Source: a virus. Taken from it: 44,364 bases of DNA. Under the pieces are notes generated by a model that was given only the letters and a program-made list of their open reading frames with translations, searched no databases and was not told where the DNA came from. How positions within the stretch are numbered: position 1 is the first letter of the stretch; every line of letters starts with the position of its first letter. Position numbers and translations under genes: made by a program. Of the stretch, positions 1 to 8,387 are shown piece after piece. The stretch is from the IMG/VR virus record IMGVR_UViG_3300024268_000128. The stretch is one strand, 5' to 3'.

Positions 1-127
1 ATCATCAATGAAGGCGATTATGTAACGGATTTGGGCTATGTGGGTAAGACCGTAGAGGGCAAGCCCATCATCATTGTGTTTGACAATGCGCTGTGTACCA
101 GCGGCCTTGAACTGGAAGGCAAGAACA
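1..127. repeat. Terminal direct repeat, identical to 44238-44364 (circular-assembly overlap or terminal redundancy)
   Basis: Read directly: bases 1-127 (atcatcaatgaaggcgatt...ggcaagaaca) recur exactly at 44238-44364. The unique length is therefore 44237 bp. Confidence 0.95.
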
Positions 128-228
128 AGGAAGCGGCTGTGCCGAAGTTCACCTTTGAATGCTTTGCAGACCTCAGCCCCGAAGCTGATACTCTGCCTTG
201 GCATATCTACTATCCGACTGAAGCCTAA
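1..228 (+). CDS. Major tail protein, C-terminal part (continues the ORF starting at 43872 across the circular junction)
   Basis: Position 1 is in frame with the ORF starting at 43872 once the 127-bp overlap is collapsed, and the stop is at 226-228. The gene sits after the connector genes and before the chaperone pair, as in typical siphovirus synteny. The joined product is about 197 aa. Confidence 0.8.
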   Translation: MINEGDYVTDLGYVGKTVEGKPIIIVFDNALCTSGLELEGKNKEAAVPKFTFECFADLSPEADTLPWHIYYPTEA

Positions 229-233
229 CAAAC

Positions 234-267
234 AGGGCGGGGGCGTTTGCTCCTGCCCTTACTTTTT
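234..267 (+). terminator. Intrinsic terminator-like hairpin after the major tail gene
   Basis: An 11-bp stem (agggcggggc / gctcctgccct, two G-U pairs) with loop gttt, followed by tacttttt. Confidence 0.5.
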
Positions 268-281
268 AAGGAGGAACGAAC

Positions 282-677
282 ATGGAAAAGACCTATACTA
301 TGCGCAGTCTGAATGCAAATGACCTGTTCGCAATGATGCGTATTATCAACAAGATTGGCATCAATGAAGTAAAGAAGATGTTTTCTTCTGCTGAGTTGAA
401 AAAGCTGCTTGCTGATACCATGAAAGACGGCAAAGTTGACGATAACGCTGCAAATGCAGTCGGTATGCAGGTGATGATTGAGCTTGCCTGTCTGGTAACC
501 AGCCACATCCCCGACTGTCAGAACGAAATCTATGATTTCATGGCTGGCCTTACTGGCATGAAGGTAAAGGACATTGCAAGCCTTGACATGATCGTATTCG
601 TGGAAATGGTCATGGATGTGTTCAAAAAGCCGGAATTTAAGGATTTTTTTCAGCGTCTTGTCGGATTGCTCAAGTAG
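282..677 (+). CDS. Tail assembly chaperone (gpG-like)
   Basis: 131-aa ORF with AAGGAGG RBS, immediately upstream of the tape measure. A slippery T7 run lies near its 3' end and the -1 frame is open beyond it. Confidence 0.8.
   Translation: MEKTYTMRSLNANDLFAMMRIINKIGINEVKKMFSSAELKKLLADTMKDGKVDDNAANAVGMQVMIELACLVTSHIPDCQNEIYDFMAGLTGMKVKDIASLDMIVFVEMVMDVFKKPEFKDFFQRLVGLLK
644..650 (+). other. -1 programmed ribosomal frameshift slippery heptamer T TTT TTT
   Basis: Zero-frame codons are gat ttt ttt cag. The -1 frame is open from 641 to the stop at 986-988. This is the canonical G/GT chaperone arrangement. Confidence 0.7.
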
Positions 678-988
678 GGGATTTAAGGTTTATTGACCTT
701 GTTTTCCAGCGTTACGCAAGCCCCATGCAGTTACTTGACAGTATGATCCTGACGCATCGACTTTCTGAATTTGTTGATAAGGTGATTGACCTGTACAACG
801 AAGAAAAGAAAGAAGAAATGTTGTGGGATGTTTGGCTGTTCCGGGTGCATGACAAATCCTATGCGGATTTTGTGGCAAGCGTGGACGATAGCAAGAGGGA
901 TAAACCCACAGAGCAAGAGACAGCGGACATTGTAAAGGAATCAAGGGGTATTTGGTTAAACTTCAAAGCAGCACCACAAGCGGAATGA
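650..988 (+). CDS. Tail assembly chaperone frameshift extension (gpT part of a gpGT-like fusion, joined to 282-650 by a -1 shift)
   Basis: Open -1 frame downstream of the T7 slippery site. There is no convincing RBS for the internal Met at 725. The sequence (EEMLWDVWLFRVHDKSYADFV) resembles T-segments of Firmicutes phages. Confidence 0.65.
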   Translation, partial: SASCRIAQVGDLRFIDLVFQRYASPMQLLDSMILTHRLSEFVDKVIDLYNEEKKEEMLWDVWLFRVHDKSYADFVASVDDSKRDKPTEQETADIVKESRGIWLNFKAAPQAE

Positions 989-1027
989 TAGGCGTTTTGA
1001 CCCTTCCTAAAACGGGAGGGGTGAAGC
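982..1027 (+). promoter_or_regulatory. Conserved leader element, copy A (GGAATGATAGG..TTTTGACCC..hairpin over the SD)
   Basis: Shares GGAATGATAGG, a T-run, TGAYCCC and a purine-rich SD with copies at 11446-11497 and 20345-20396. CCCTTCC (1001-1007) can pair with GGGAGGG (1014-1020), which is the SD of the GTG start at 1028. Confidence 0.5.
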
Positions 1028-2764
1028 GTGGAACTATTTAGATTACTTGGCACAATAGCCATTGAAAACGAACAGGCCAACAGGGCATTGGATGATACCG
1101 CAAACCAAGCGGAGGATACCAACGCCAGAACCAATACAGCCCTTGACGGTATCGGACGGGCTGCGCTTGGACTGGGCAAAATGGTGGTTGGTGCTGGTGT
1201 TGCTTTGGGCGGCGCATGGATTGCAGCCATTGAAGGTACAAGAGAATACCGGGCGCAAATGGGGCTATTGGATAGTGCCTTTCAGGCATCCGGGCATTCG
1301 TCTACAGAAGCAAAGAACACCTATTCAGAACTGAATGCGGTGCTTGGTGATACCGAACAGGCCGTAGAAGCTGCGCAACATATTGCACTGATAGCTGATA
1401 ACGAAAAGGAAATGAACACCTTAACGGAGATTGGCACGGGCATTTTTGCCACATACGGTGCAAGCCTTCCCCTTGAAGGGTTGTTTGAAGCGGTCAATCA
1501 CACGGCTTCCCTTGGTGAAGTGCAAGGCTCCCTTGCGGATGCGCTGGAATGGTCAGGTATCACGGTTGACGATTTCAACGCTCAACTTGAGAAATGCACC
1601 ACTGAGGAAGAACGGCAAGACCTGATCATGAAAACGCTGAAAGACACCTACGGGGATGCAGCTACACAGTATCAGGCAACAAACCGGGATGTGATGGAAG
1701 CCCGGAAAGCGCAGGAACGGCTAACGGATGCTTTTGCGGAGTTTGGGCGGGTTGGCGAGCCTATTCTAACGGTAGTCAAAAACGCTGTTGCTGATATGGT
1801 AACGGCTGCTATCCCCCACCTTGAAAACCTGATAAAAAAGGTCAAGGACGCAAAGAAATGGATGCAGGACAACAAAAGCACGGTTGACAAATGGAAAGCG
1901 GCCATCGTTGGTGCTGCTGCATCGGCAGCGTCCTTTGTTGTGATTCTGAAATGGTCATCCATCATGAGCAAGGCAAAGGCAGCGATAATTGGCGTTAGAA
2001 CGGCTATTTTGCTGCTCAATGCGGCAATGAAGGCAAATATTATAGGCTTGATTGTAAGCCTTGTTATCGGCCTTGTAGCGGCGTTTATAACGCTCTGGAA
2101 GAACAATGAGAGCTTCCGCAACTTCTGGATCAAACTTTGGGACAAGATTAAATCTTCCTGTTCATCTGCTGTCAAGTGGATCAAAGACAAATTCAATGAC
2201 CTAAAAGGCGTTGTATCCAATGTGGGAAAGTGGTTCGGAGATATTAAGAAATCCATATCAGATAAGATTGACGGCGCATGGCAAGCAGTGAAAAAAGCGA
2301 TTGACAAAATCAAAGGGCTGTTCCCGCTAAGTATTGGCAAGATTTTCAGCAATTTCAAGATACCGAAAATCAGTGTCAGCGGCGGCAAGGCTCCCTATGG
2401 TATCGCTGGCAAAGGCAAGCTCCCGTCCTTTGATGTAAAGTGGAATGCGGACGGCGTTATCTTCAACAAGCCAACCATCTTCAATACCCGGCAAGGCTTA
2501 CAGGGTGTAGGCGAAGCTGGGGCAGAAGTTGTATCGCCTGTATCTAAGCTGATGGAATATGTCACGGTTGCTGTAAAGAATGAGAATGGCAACCTTGGCA
2601 GAATCATCATAGAACAGAATGAGCTTTTGCGGGATTTGCTACGCCAGATCATGCCCCGTGATATTACCCTTGATGGAAATGCACTGGTTGGGCAGTTGCT
2701 TCCTGCGGTGGATACCGGGCTTGCTGACAGGCTGGTATATGCCCAGCGTGGGAACGTGCGATAA
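1028..2764 (+). CDS. Tail tape measure protein, copy 1
   Basis: 578 aa, directly after the G/GT chaperones. The N-terminus (MELFRLLGTIAIENEQANRAL) and C-terminus (GQLLPAVDTGLADRL) are TMP-like, with a central hydrophobic block. GTG start with GGGAGGGG SD. Confidence 0.85.
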   Translation: MELFRLLGTIAIENEQANRALDDTANQAEDTNARTNTALDGIGRAALGLGKMVVGAGVALGGAWIAAIEGTREYRAQMGLLDSAFQASGHSSTEAKNTYSELNAVLGDTEQAVEAAQHIALIADNEKEMNTLTEIGTGIFATYGASLPLEGLFEAVNHTASLGEVQGSLADALEWSGITVDDFNAQLEKCTTEEERQDLIMKTLKDTYGDAATQYQATNRDVMEARKAQERLTDAFAEFGRVGEPILTVVKNAVADMVTAAIPHLENLIKKVKDAKKWMQDNKSTVDKWKAAIVGAAASAASFVVILKWSSIMSKAKAAIIGVRTAILLLNAAMKANIIGLIVSLVIGLVAAFITLWKNNESFRNFWIKLWDKIKSSCSSAVKWIKDKFNDLKGVVSNVGKWFGDIKKSISDKIDGAWQAVKKAIDKIKGLFPLSIGKIFSNFKIPKISVSGGKAPYGIAGKGKLPSFDVKWNADGVIFNKPTIFNTRQGLQGVGEAGAEVVSPVSKLMEYVTVAVKNENGNLGRIIIEQNELLRDLLRQIMPRDITLDGNALVGQLLPAVDTGLADRLVYAQRGNVR

Positions 2765-2767
2765 AAA

Positions 2768-2800
2768 AGAGGGACGGCGGTTGCCGTTCCTCTTTGTTGT
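2768..2800. terminator. Bidirectional intrinsic terminator between convergent genes
   Basis: Stem agagggacggc / gccgttcctct with loop ggtt. An A-run lies upstream and ttgttgtt downstream. Confidence 0.65.
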
Positions 2801-3258
2801 TAAAATCCAAGGCCTTTGTATGGCGAAAAGGTGAGCGTATCACCTGTAAATTGAAGTGTTTGCCCTTCTTCAAGGTCAAGTTTTCCAATGTTAGTTGAAG
2901 GTGTTACGTTGTAAGTAGCAACAAGGCTTCCAGATGGAGAATAAATGTACATCAAGGCGAAAAACGTTCCTGCGCTTTTAACTGTATACGCACCAACCGG
3001 GATGTCTTTGCCGACTGTATATTGTCCGGGTGGTACAGTTGTTTCCTTTTCCGGGTTTACAATCCCTAATGGTTGCAGTCCTCTGCGTTCCATTTCGATT
3101 TTTGCATATTCATATAATGCAACAAGATTTTCGTCTGTGTGATTAGCAAACATTGTCTTTGCTTCTTCCTGCAAATCTGCGTATGTCTTAGCAAAAGCAC
3201 AAGGAACGAAAAGCATAACAACCAACAAAACAACAAGGAAACGTGATGCATTTTTCAT
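2800..3258 (-). CDS. Secreted protein of unknown function (moron; signal peptide)
   Basis: 152 aa on the opposite strand to the whole tail operon. Strong RBS (AAGGAGGTAGAAAACATG). The N-terminal signal peptide MKNASRFLVVLLVVMLFVPCAFA-KT suggests an AFA-K cleavage site, and the lipobox is not canonical. Confidence 0.8.
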   Translation of the reverse strand: MKNASRFLVVLLVVMLFVPCAFAKTYADLQEEAKTMFANHTDENLVALYEYAKIEMERRGLQPLGIVNPEKETTVPPGQYTVGKDIPVGAYTVKSAGTFFALMYIYSPSGSLVATYNVTPSTNIGKLDLEEGQTLQFTGDTLTFSPYKGLGF

Positions 3259-3279
3259 GTTTTCTACCTCCTTTTTTCC

Positions 3280-3308
3280 ATTTTATGAACAGAACCAAAT
3301 ATAGGCAA
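3280..3308 (-). promoter_or_regulatory. Sigma-A-type promoter for the reverse-strand secreted-protein gene
   Basis: On the minus strand: TTGCCT, 17 nt, TAAAAT, about 20 nt upstream of the RBS. Confidence 0.55.
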
Positions 3309-3354
3309 TGTTTGAAATGGAACGATTCAGCACCACAAAAGGAAGGTGAACGAA

Positions 3355-5130
3355 ATGACAGAAGTTTTCAAGCTGCTTGGCACAATCGCCATTGATGCAA
3401 GCGGCGTTGAAGCCACGTTAAACGATACAAGCGAAAAAACATCTGTTTTTTCGGAGAAGGTACAAAAACATTTTAGAAATATAGCCGCCACGGCTGCGCT
3501 TGTGTTTTCGCTGGATAAGGTGAAGGATTTTGCAAATGGTTGTGTAGAAGCGTATGCAACCATTTCGGCAGAAGAATCTGCCTTTGAACAGATCATGGGT
3601 GATTACTCTGACAATGCACAAGCGAAGATGCAGCATATTGCAGACCAAACGGGCGTTGTTACAAGCAGATTAACGCCATACATGACTTCGTTGACAAGCA
3701 AATTCAAGGGGCTTGGCTATGGCATTGATGAAGCAACTGATTTAGCGTCCGATGGCTTGCTAATGGCTTCTGATGCAGCAGCTTTTTGGGATCGTTCACT
3801 GGACGATTCTATGAGCCACTTAAACAGTTTTATCAACGGCAGTTATGAGGGCGGTGAAGCAATCGGCCTGTTTGCCAATGATACGCAGATGGCACAACGG
3901 GCATTGGAACAAGGGTTGATTGGCGATACAAAGGAATGGTCACAGCTTGACGAAGCAACGAAACAGTTTGCACGTTTGAACGAAGCAAAGCGGCAATTTG
4001 CAGAATCCGGCATAACGGGTCAGGCTGAAAGAGAAGCTTGGTCGTATGCTAACCAGATGCAGAACCTTGAAAGCCTGTGGACACGTTTCCAAGCAATCGT
4101 AGGTCAACCAATTCTGGAAGAAGTGCTTTTGCCTATCGTTCAAAAGCTGTCTGAATTTTTGCAATGGTGTCAAGACAATCCAGAAGTGCTTGAAAAAGTG
4201 TTCGGAAAACTGGGCGAGATTGCCGGAGAGGTTTCCGGCACGTTTTTTGACGGTGCTATTGAAGTTTTCAAGTGGATTGTCGAGAACGAAGGCGCACTAA
4301 CTGGAACACTAACAGCAATCGCACTTGCGTTTGCTGGCATTGGGCTTGCCACTCATCCTATCCTGACTGCCCTTTCGGCTATCGCTGGATTTATCATGTG
4401 GATGGCTGGGACTTATGACGAGCGACACGAAGAATTTATTGCTGGAATTGATGAAAACAAGCCCATTGCAGAAAGGAACGCTGGTAAGTATGCCGGGTGG
4501 ACGGATGCGCAGAAAGATGCTGCATACGATTACCTGTATGCATATGATGGCGGCTTTGATACAACTCCCGAAGTCGAAGCCATGAAAGCGGCTGGGCTTT
4601 CTCAGGCTGCAATTGATGAGTTTAGAAACGATGTATCTACCGCCCTTTCAGAAGGTGATTACAGCATTACCATTGAGGATACATGGTTTGACGAAACAGC
4701 GGAAACGGAGCTACAAGGCCAGCTTGATGAAATGGGGCTTGAAGCAACGGTAAGCCTTGTTCCTGACTATTCGGGTTTGGAAACATATGTGAACAGCGGC
4801 GGTACGGTGATGCCCAGCGCAGACGGTAGCCACGCAGACGGCCTAGACCGTGTTCCTTTCGATGGGTACAGAGCAATCCTTCACAAAGACGAAGCTGTTT
4901 TGAATGCTACCAACGCTTCTGTTTGGCGCAATGGTGGCGGCATGGGCGATACAAGCCGTTTGGAAGCTAAACTGGATGGTCTTATGTCAATTATGAGCCA
5001 AGTCGTAGCCAACACTGCAAACGGTCATCAGGTAGTGTTGGAAAGTGGCGTAATGGTTGGACAAATGCTCCCGGCGATTGATGCGGGGCTTGGTGCTATT
5101 GCAACCCGCAAAGGAAGGAGGAATGGCTAA
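3355..5130 (+). CDS. Tail tape measure protein, copy 2 (divergent paralogue)
   Basis: 591 aa from the ATG at 3355 (SD GGAAGGTG 7 nt upstream). The N-terminus MTEVFKLLGTIAIDASGVEATL parallels copy 1 and the C-terminus GQMLPAIDAGLGAI parallels copy 1. It also has a central hydrophobic block. Confidence 0.85.
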   Translation: MTEVFKLLGTIAIDASGVEATLNDTSEKTSVFSEKVQKHFRNIAATAALVFSLDKVKDFANGCVEAYATISAEESAFEQIMGDYSDNAQAKMQHIADQTGVVTSRLTPYMTSLTSKFKGLGYGIDEATDLASDGLLMASDAAAFWDRSLDDSMSHLNSFINGSYEGGEAIGLFANDTQMAQRALEQGLIGDTKEWSQLDEATKQFARLNEAKRQFAESGITGQAEREAWSYANQMQNLESLWTRFQAIVGQPILEEVLLPIVQKLSEFLQWCQDNPEVLEKVFGKLGEIAGEVSGTFFDGAIEVFKWIVENEGALTGTLTAIALAFAGIGLATHPILTALSAIAGFIMWMAGTYDERHEEFIAGIDENKPIAERNAGKYAGWTDAQKDAAYDYLYAYDGGFDTTPEVEAMKAAGLSQAAIDEFRNDVSTALSEGDYSITIEDTWFDETAETELQGQLDEMGLEATVSLVPDYSGLETYVNSGGTVMPSADGSHADGLDRVPFDGYRAILHKDEAVLNATNASVWRNGGGMGDTSRLEAKLDGLMSIMSQVVANTANGHQVVLESGVMVGQMLPAIDAGLGAIATRKGRRNG

Positions 5131-5552
5131 TGAGGGGCGTTACCTTTGGCATTAAACACAGTTACCGGGCGTTTGGGCTGCTGCTGAAAGAACGGCCTTA
5201 CATCAGCCCACCCGAACCGAAGACAAAGCTGATCGAAGTACCGGGAAGCGATACGGTCATTGACCTGACCGAGAGTTTGACAGGTAAAGTCCATTACGGG
5301 ATGCGAGAGGGAAAATTTGAATTTTTCGTTGCTGGCGGCAGATCGAAATGGTCTGCCGTTTATGCTGCCATTCTGAATGAGCTACACGGCAAGCGGCTGA
5401 AAATCGTATTGGACGATGACCCCAATTATTATTGGATAGGCCGTATTGCTGTGAACGAATGGGAGAGCGACAAAAAGACAGCAACTATTGTCCTTTCTGC
5501 CCAGCTTGAGCCTTACAAGTACCTTCGTTATGGCGAAGGGAGGTCTTTGTAA
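5130..5552 (+). CDS. Distal tail protein (Dit-like), copy 1, short form
   Basis: 140 aa with a TAATG overlap onto TMP2. Shares FG..HSYR, IDLTE, LHGKRLKIVLDDDP.YYW.GR and EPYKY with the ORF at 7752. Confidence 0.75.
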   Translation: MRGVTFGIKHSYRAFGLLLKERPYISPPEPKTKLIEVPGSDTVIDLTESLTGKVHYGMREGKFEFFVAGGRSKWSAVYAAILNELHGKRLKIVLDDDPNYYWIGRIAVNEWESDKKTATIVLSAQLEPYKYLRYGEGRSL

Positions 5553-7321
5553 TGGGCTATACAATCCATGCGGACGGTGAGTTGATGTTTTCAACCACGG
5601 CTGAGGAAGTGGCGCACATTGCGCTGAATCCAAAGCTGACACTTGATATTAACGCTGCCGGGTCACTCAGTTTCGTCCTTCCTCCCGGCAACGTGAAAAA
5701 TGGAAAACTGAAAAACCTTAAAAACATTATTACAGTTAAGCAGGACGGCGAACAGCTTTTTCGTGGAAGAGTAACAGAAACGGAAAAGGACGGCTTCAAC
5801 CAGCAAACAACCTACTGTGAAGGGCAAAAGAGCTTTTTACTTGACAGCCAGATTGCACCATACAGCTATAGCGGCACGGTGCATGGACTGTTTAGCAAAC
5901 TGATTGCCAACCATAACGCAAAAGTGGAAGCACCTATGCGGTTCACGGTTGGCACAGTTGATGCTGTTTCCGCATCCGAAACGGTAACGGTGGAAAGCAA
6001 ATACTATACAGACACAAACGGCGAAATTGAAAGCAAGCTGCTTGGTGCATACGGTGGCTATTTGCGGGATAGAACCGTTGGCAATACACATTATCTGGAC
6101 TGGGTAAAACAGTACGGCGGTAATAATTCGCAGGAAATCAAGTTTGCCGTGAACTTGCTTGAACTGAGGGACAAAATCAGCGCAGAAGATGTGTTCACGG
6201 TGCTGTATCCACTTGGTGCTGTGCAGATCAATGAAAACGGCGAGCAAACAGACCCGTTGACGGTTGCCAGTGTCAATAACGGGCTTGAGTACATCCAAGA
6301 TGACGCTGCCGTTGCACTGTATGGCAGGATTGAAAGAAGTTACACATGGAACCACATTGAAAGCGCATCGGAGCTTTTGCAGAAGGGGCGGGAACATCTG
6401 AAAACAGGTGTTGCTTTGCAAACCTTGACGCTAAAGGCCATTGATATGCACTTTGTAGATGGTGACATTAGCAGAATCAAGGTTGGGGACAGGGTACACA
6501 TTGTATCTGATCCTAACGGCCTTGATTTGTGGATGGTGTGCAGCCGGATTGTTATTGACCTGCTGAACCCGGAAAATACAGAATACACCTTTGGCGAAAA
6601 GCCCCGTGCGCTTACGGATAACGTTGTTGACACGGATGAAGAAGTTGACAACATGTCCGGGCGCAGAGGTGGCGGCGGTGGACGAAGAAGCGTCAATGAT
6701 GAACTGCAAGAAATCCTCCGCTGGGCAAGGATCAGCGTGGACGAAGCCAACGCACAAATCCTGTTGTCTGCTGGTGAGATTAACAACCTGACCAACCGTA
6801 CCAGCACGGCTGAAATTGCCATTGATGGCTTGAATGCTGCTGTTATCACGAAGGCAAGTATTGAAACGGTGGATGCACTGACCGGGCGGGTAAGCACGGC
6901 AGAAGCTACATTGACGGTACAGGCCAACCAGATCAGTTCCAAGGTGAGCAAGGACGGTGTTATTTCCTCCATCAATCAGACGGCAGAAAGCATTACCATC
7001 CAAGCAAACAAGGTTAATCTTTCCGGCTATGTTACTGCCAGCACATTGGCGGCAGAAATCGCCACAATCAATAAATTTTTCAGCGGCGTTGCAGAAGCAT
7101 CGGTGTTGAAAGCAACAATGGTCAACTGTACGGGTACGCTTTTGTACCAGAATACCGCTGTTAGCTGGAAGGAAAAGCGGTATGTAACATCCGTCAACAT
7201 AACGCAAGAAAAAAACATTGTATCCGTCAAGGATGTAAACGGGAATACCGTTGTCATCAATTATGTAACAAGCGTTAGCGCAAATCCTTCTACAAGCTCT
7301 ATTTCTTATCTTGGCAACTAA
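5552..7321 (+). CDS. Tail tip protein (Tal / prophage tail endopeptidase-like), copy 1, with coiled-coil C-terminal half
   Basis: 589 aa following Dit. The N-terminal approximately 130 aa align with the ORF at 8387 (IITV.QD..LFRGRV, CEG..SFLLDS, PY.YSGTV). A glycine/arginine linker (RRGGGGGRR) precedes a long repetitive coiled-coil-like region. Confidence 0.75.
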   Translation: MGYTIHADGELMFSTTAEEVAHIALNPKLTLDINAAGSLSFVLPPGNVKNGKLKNLKNIITVKQDGEQLFRGRVTETEKDGFNQQTTYCEGQKSFLLDSQIAPYSYSGTVHGLFSKLIANHNAKVEAPMRFTVGTVDAVSASETVTVESKYYTDTNGEIESKLLGAYGGYLRDRTVGNTHYLDWVKQYGGNNSQEIKFAVNLLELRDKISAEDVFTVLYPLGAVQINENGEQTDPLTVASVNNGLEYIQDDAAVALYGRIERSYTWNHIESASELLQKGREHLKTGVALQTLTLKAIDMHFVDGDISRIKVGDRVHIVSDPNGLDLWMVCSRIVIDLLNPENTEYTFGEKPRALTDNVVDTDEEVDNMSGRRGGGGGRRSVNDELQEILRWARISVDEANAQILLSAGEINNLTNRTSTAEIAIDGLNAAVITKASIETVDALTGRVSTAEATLTVQANQISSKVSKDGVISSINQTAESITIQANKVNLSGYVTASTLAAEIATINKFFSGVAEASVLKATMVNCTGTLLYQNTAVSWKEKRYVTSVNITQEKNIVSVKDVNGNTVVINYVTSVSANPSTSSISYLGN

Positions 7322-7333
7322 GGAGGGAAAACC

Positions 7334-7519
7334 GTGCAGGAAATTGTTAAAAGCCTGATTATCACGCTAAACAAAATCAGCGTGAACGGTGAGGAAAACA
7401 TGGATATGCTTTTGGGCTGTATCCAAACGCTGAAAAACCTATTGGAAACCATCAAGGAAGTACAGGAAAAGGGGGCTATGGAAAATGACGCTGAACACCA
7501 GCAAGGGGAAAACGTATGA
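7334..7519 (+). CDS. Hypothetical small protein
   Basis: 61 aa, GTG start with GGAGGG SD. Lies between the two tail-tip gene sets. Confidence 0.45.
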   Translation: MQEIVKSLIITLNKISVNGEENMDMLLGCIQTLKNLLETIKEVQEKGAMENDAEHQQGENV

Positions 7520-7748
7520 GGTTGATTGGGTGGATGTTGCATCCCTGACGAGCGGACAACTGTTCGCCCAGTTGCGGGATGACCGCCCACTGCATGAGAT
7601 TGCAGAAGAATTTGACGGCCTTGAATGGCTGGAAAGGGAATCCGATACCCAAGGGAACAAGAGGTTTGAGGGTTTCAATCGCCTGATTGGCCTTTCCCGA
7701 ACGGCTGCGAACGGAGCCGTGCAGCTTACCCTGTGTAAGGAGGGCTGA
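7485..7748 (+). CDS. Hypothetical protein
   Basis: 87 aa, ATG with AAGGGGG SD. Overlaps the previous ORF by 35 nt in another frame. The stop is followed by TAG, then the GTG start of the next gene. Confidence 0.55.
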   Translation: MTLNTSKGKTYEVDWVDVASLTSGQLFAQLRDDRPLHEIAEEFDGLEWLERESDTQGNKRFEGFNRLIGLSRTAANGAVQLTLCKEG

Positions 7749-7751
7749 TAG

Positions 7752-8387
7752 GTGAAGGGAATCGCTTTCGGGGGCTTGCACTCATACAGGGACTTGAATC
7801 TGATCCTGAGCAAGAAAGAAATCGGCGCACCACCTGTCAAGGAAAACAAACTGGAAATCGGAGGGGCAGACGGCTCCATTGATTTGACAGAGGTTTTCGG
7901 CAGGCCGAATTATGGTGATGTGACACACAAATTCACATTCACCAGCATAACCCGGAATGATTCCCTAACTAAATACAGCATGGTTAAAAACGCCCTGCAT
8001 GGTCAAAAGCTGCGGATCATCCTTGACGATGACCCCGGATTTTACTATGTGGGGCGGTGCTATGTATCCAGCTATACCGATGAAAAAGGCATAGGCACAA
8101 TTACGGTTGACTGTGACTGTGAGCCGTACAAGTACAAACTAAGCAAAACCGTTGTAACACGGGCTATAGACGGCACAGAAACAATTACATTGACAAACGG
8201 GCGCAAACGTGCAGTGCCAACCATCACAACCACAGCAGCTATGACCATTGCCTTTGGTGATGGCGTATGGACGAACAGCGCAGGAAGCTACATCCTGCCA
8301 GACTTGGAACTGGTACAAGGGGATAACGTTGTTACGGTGACAGGTACGGGCAGTATCACTTTCGCATGGCAGGAAGGTGATATGTAA
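7752..8387 (+). CDS. Distal tail protein (Dit-like), copy 2
   Basis: 211 aa, paralogous to 5130-5552 (roughly 40 percent identity by eye) with an extra C-terminal domain. Confidence 0.75.
   Translation: MKGIAFGGLHSYRDLNLILSKKEIGAPPVKENKLEIGGADGSIDLTEVFGRPNYGDVTHKFTFTSITRNDSLTKYSMVKNALHGQKLRIILDDDPGFYYVGRCYVSSYTDEKGIGTITVDCDCEPYKYKLSKTVVTRAIDGTETITLTNGRKRAVPTITTTAAMTIAFGDGVWTNSAGSYILPDLELVQGDNVVTVTGTGSITFAWQEGDM

Noticed and set aside
3296-3320. ATAGGCAATGTTTGA resembling the conserved leader motif upstream of TMP2
   Set aside because: Only a partial match. The AGGCAA is better explained as the -35 (TTGCCT) of the minus-strand promoter.
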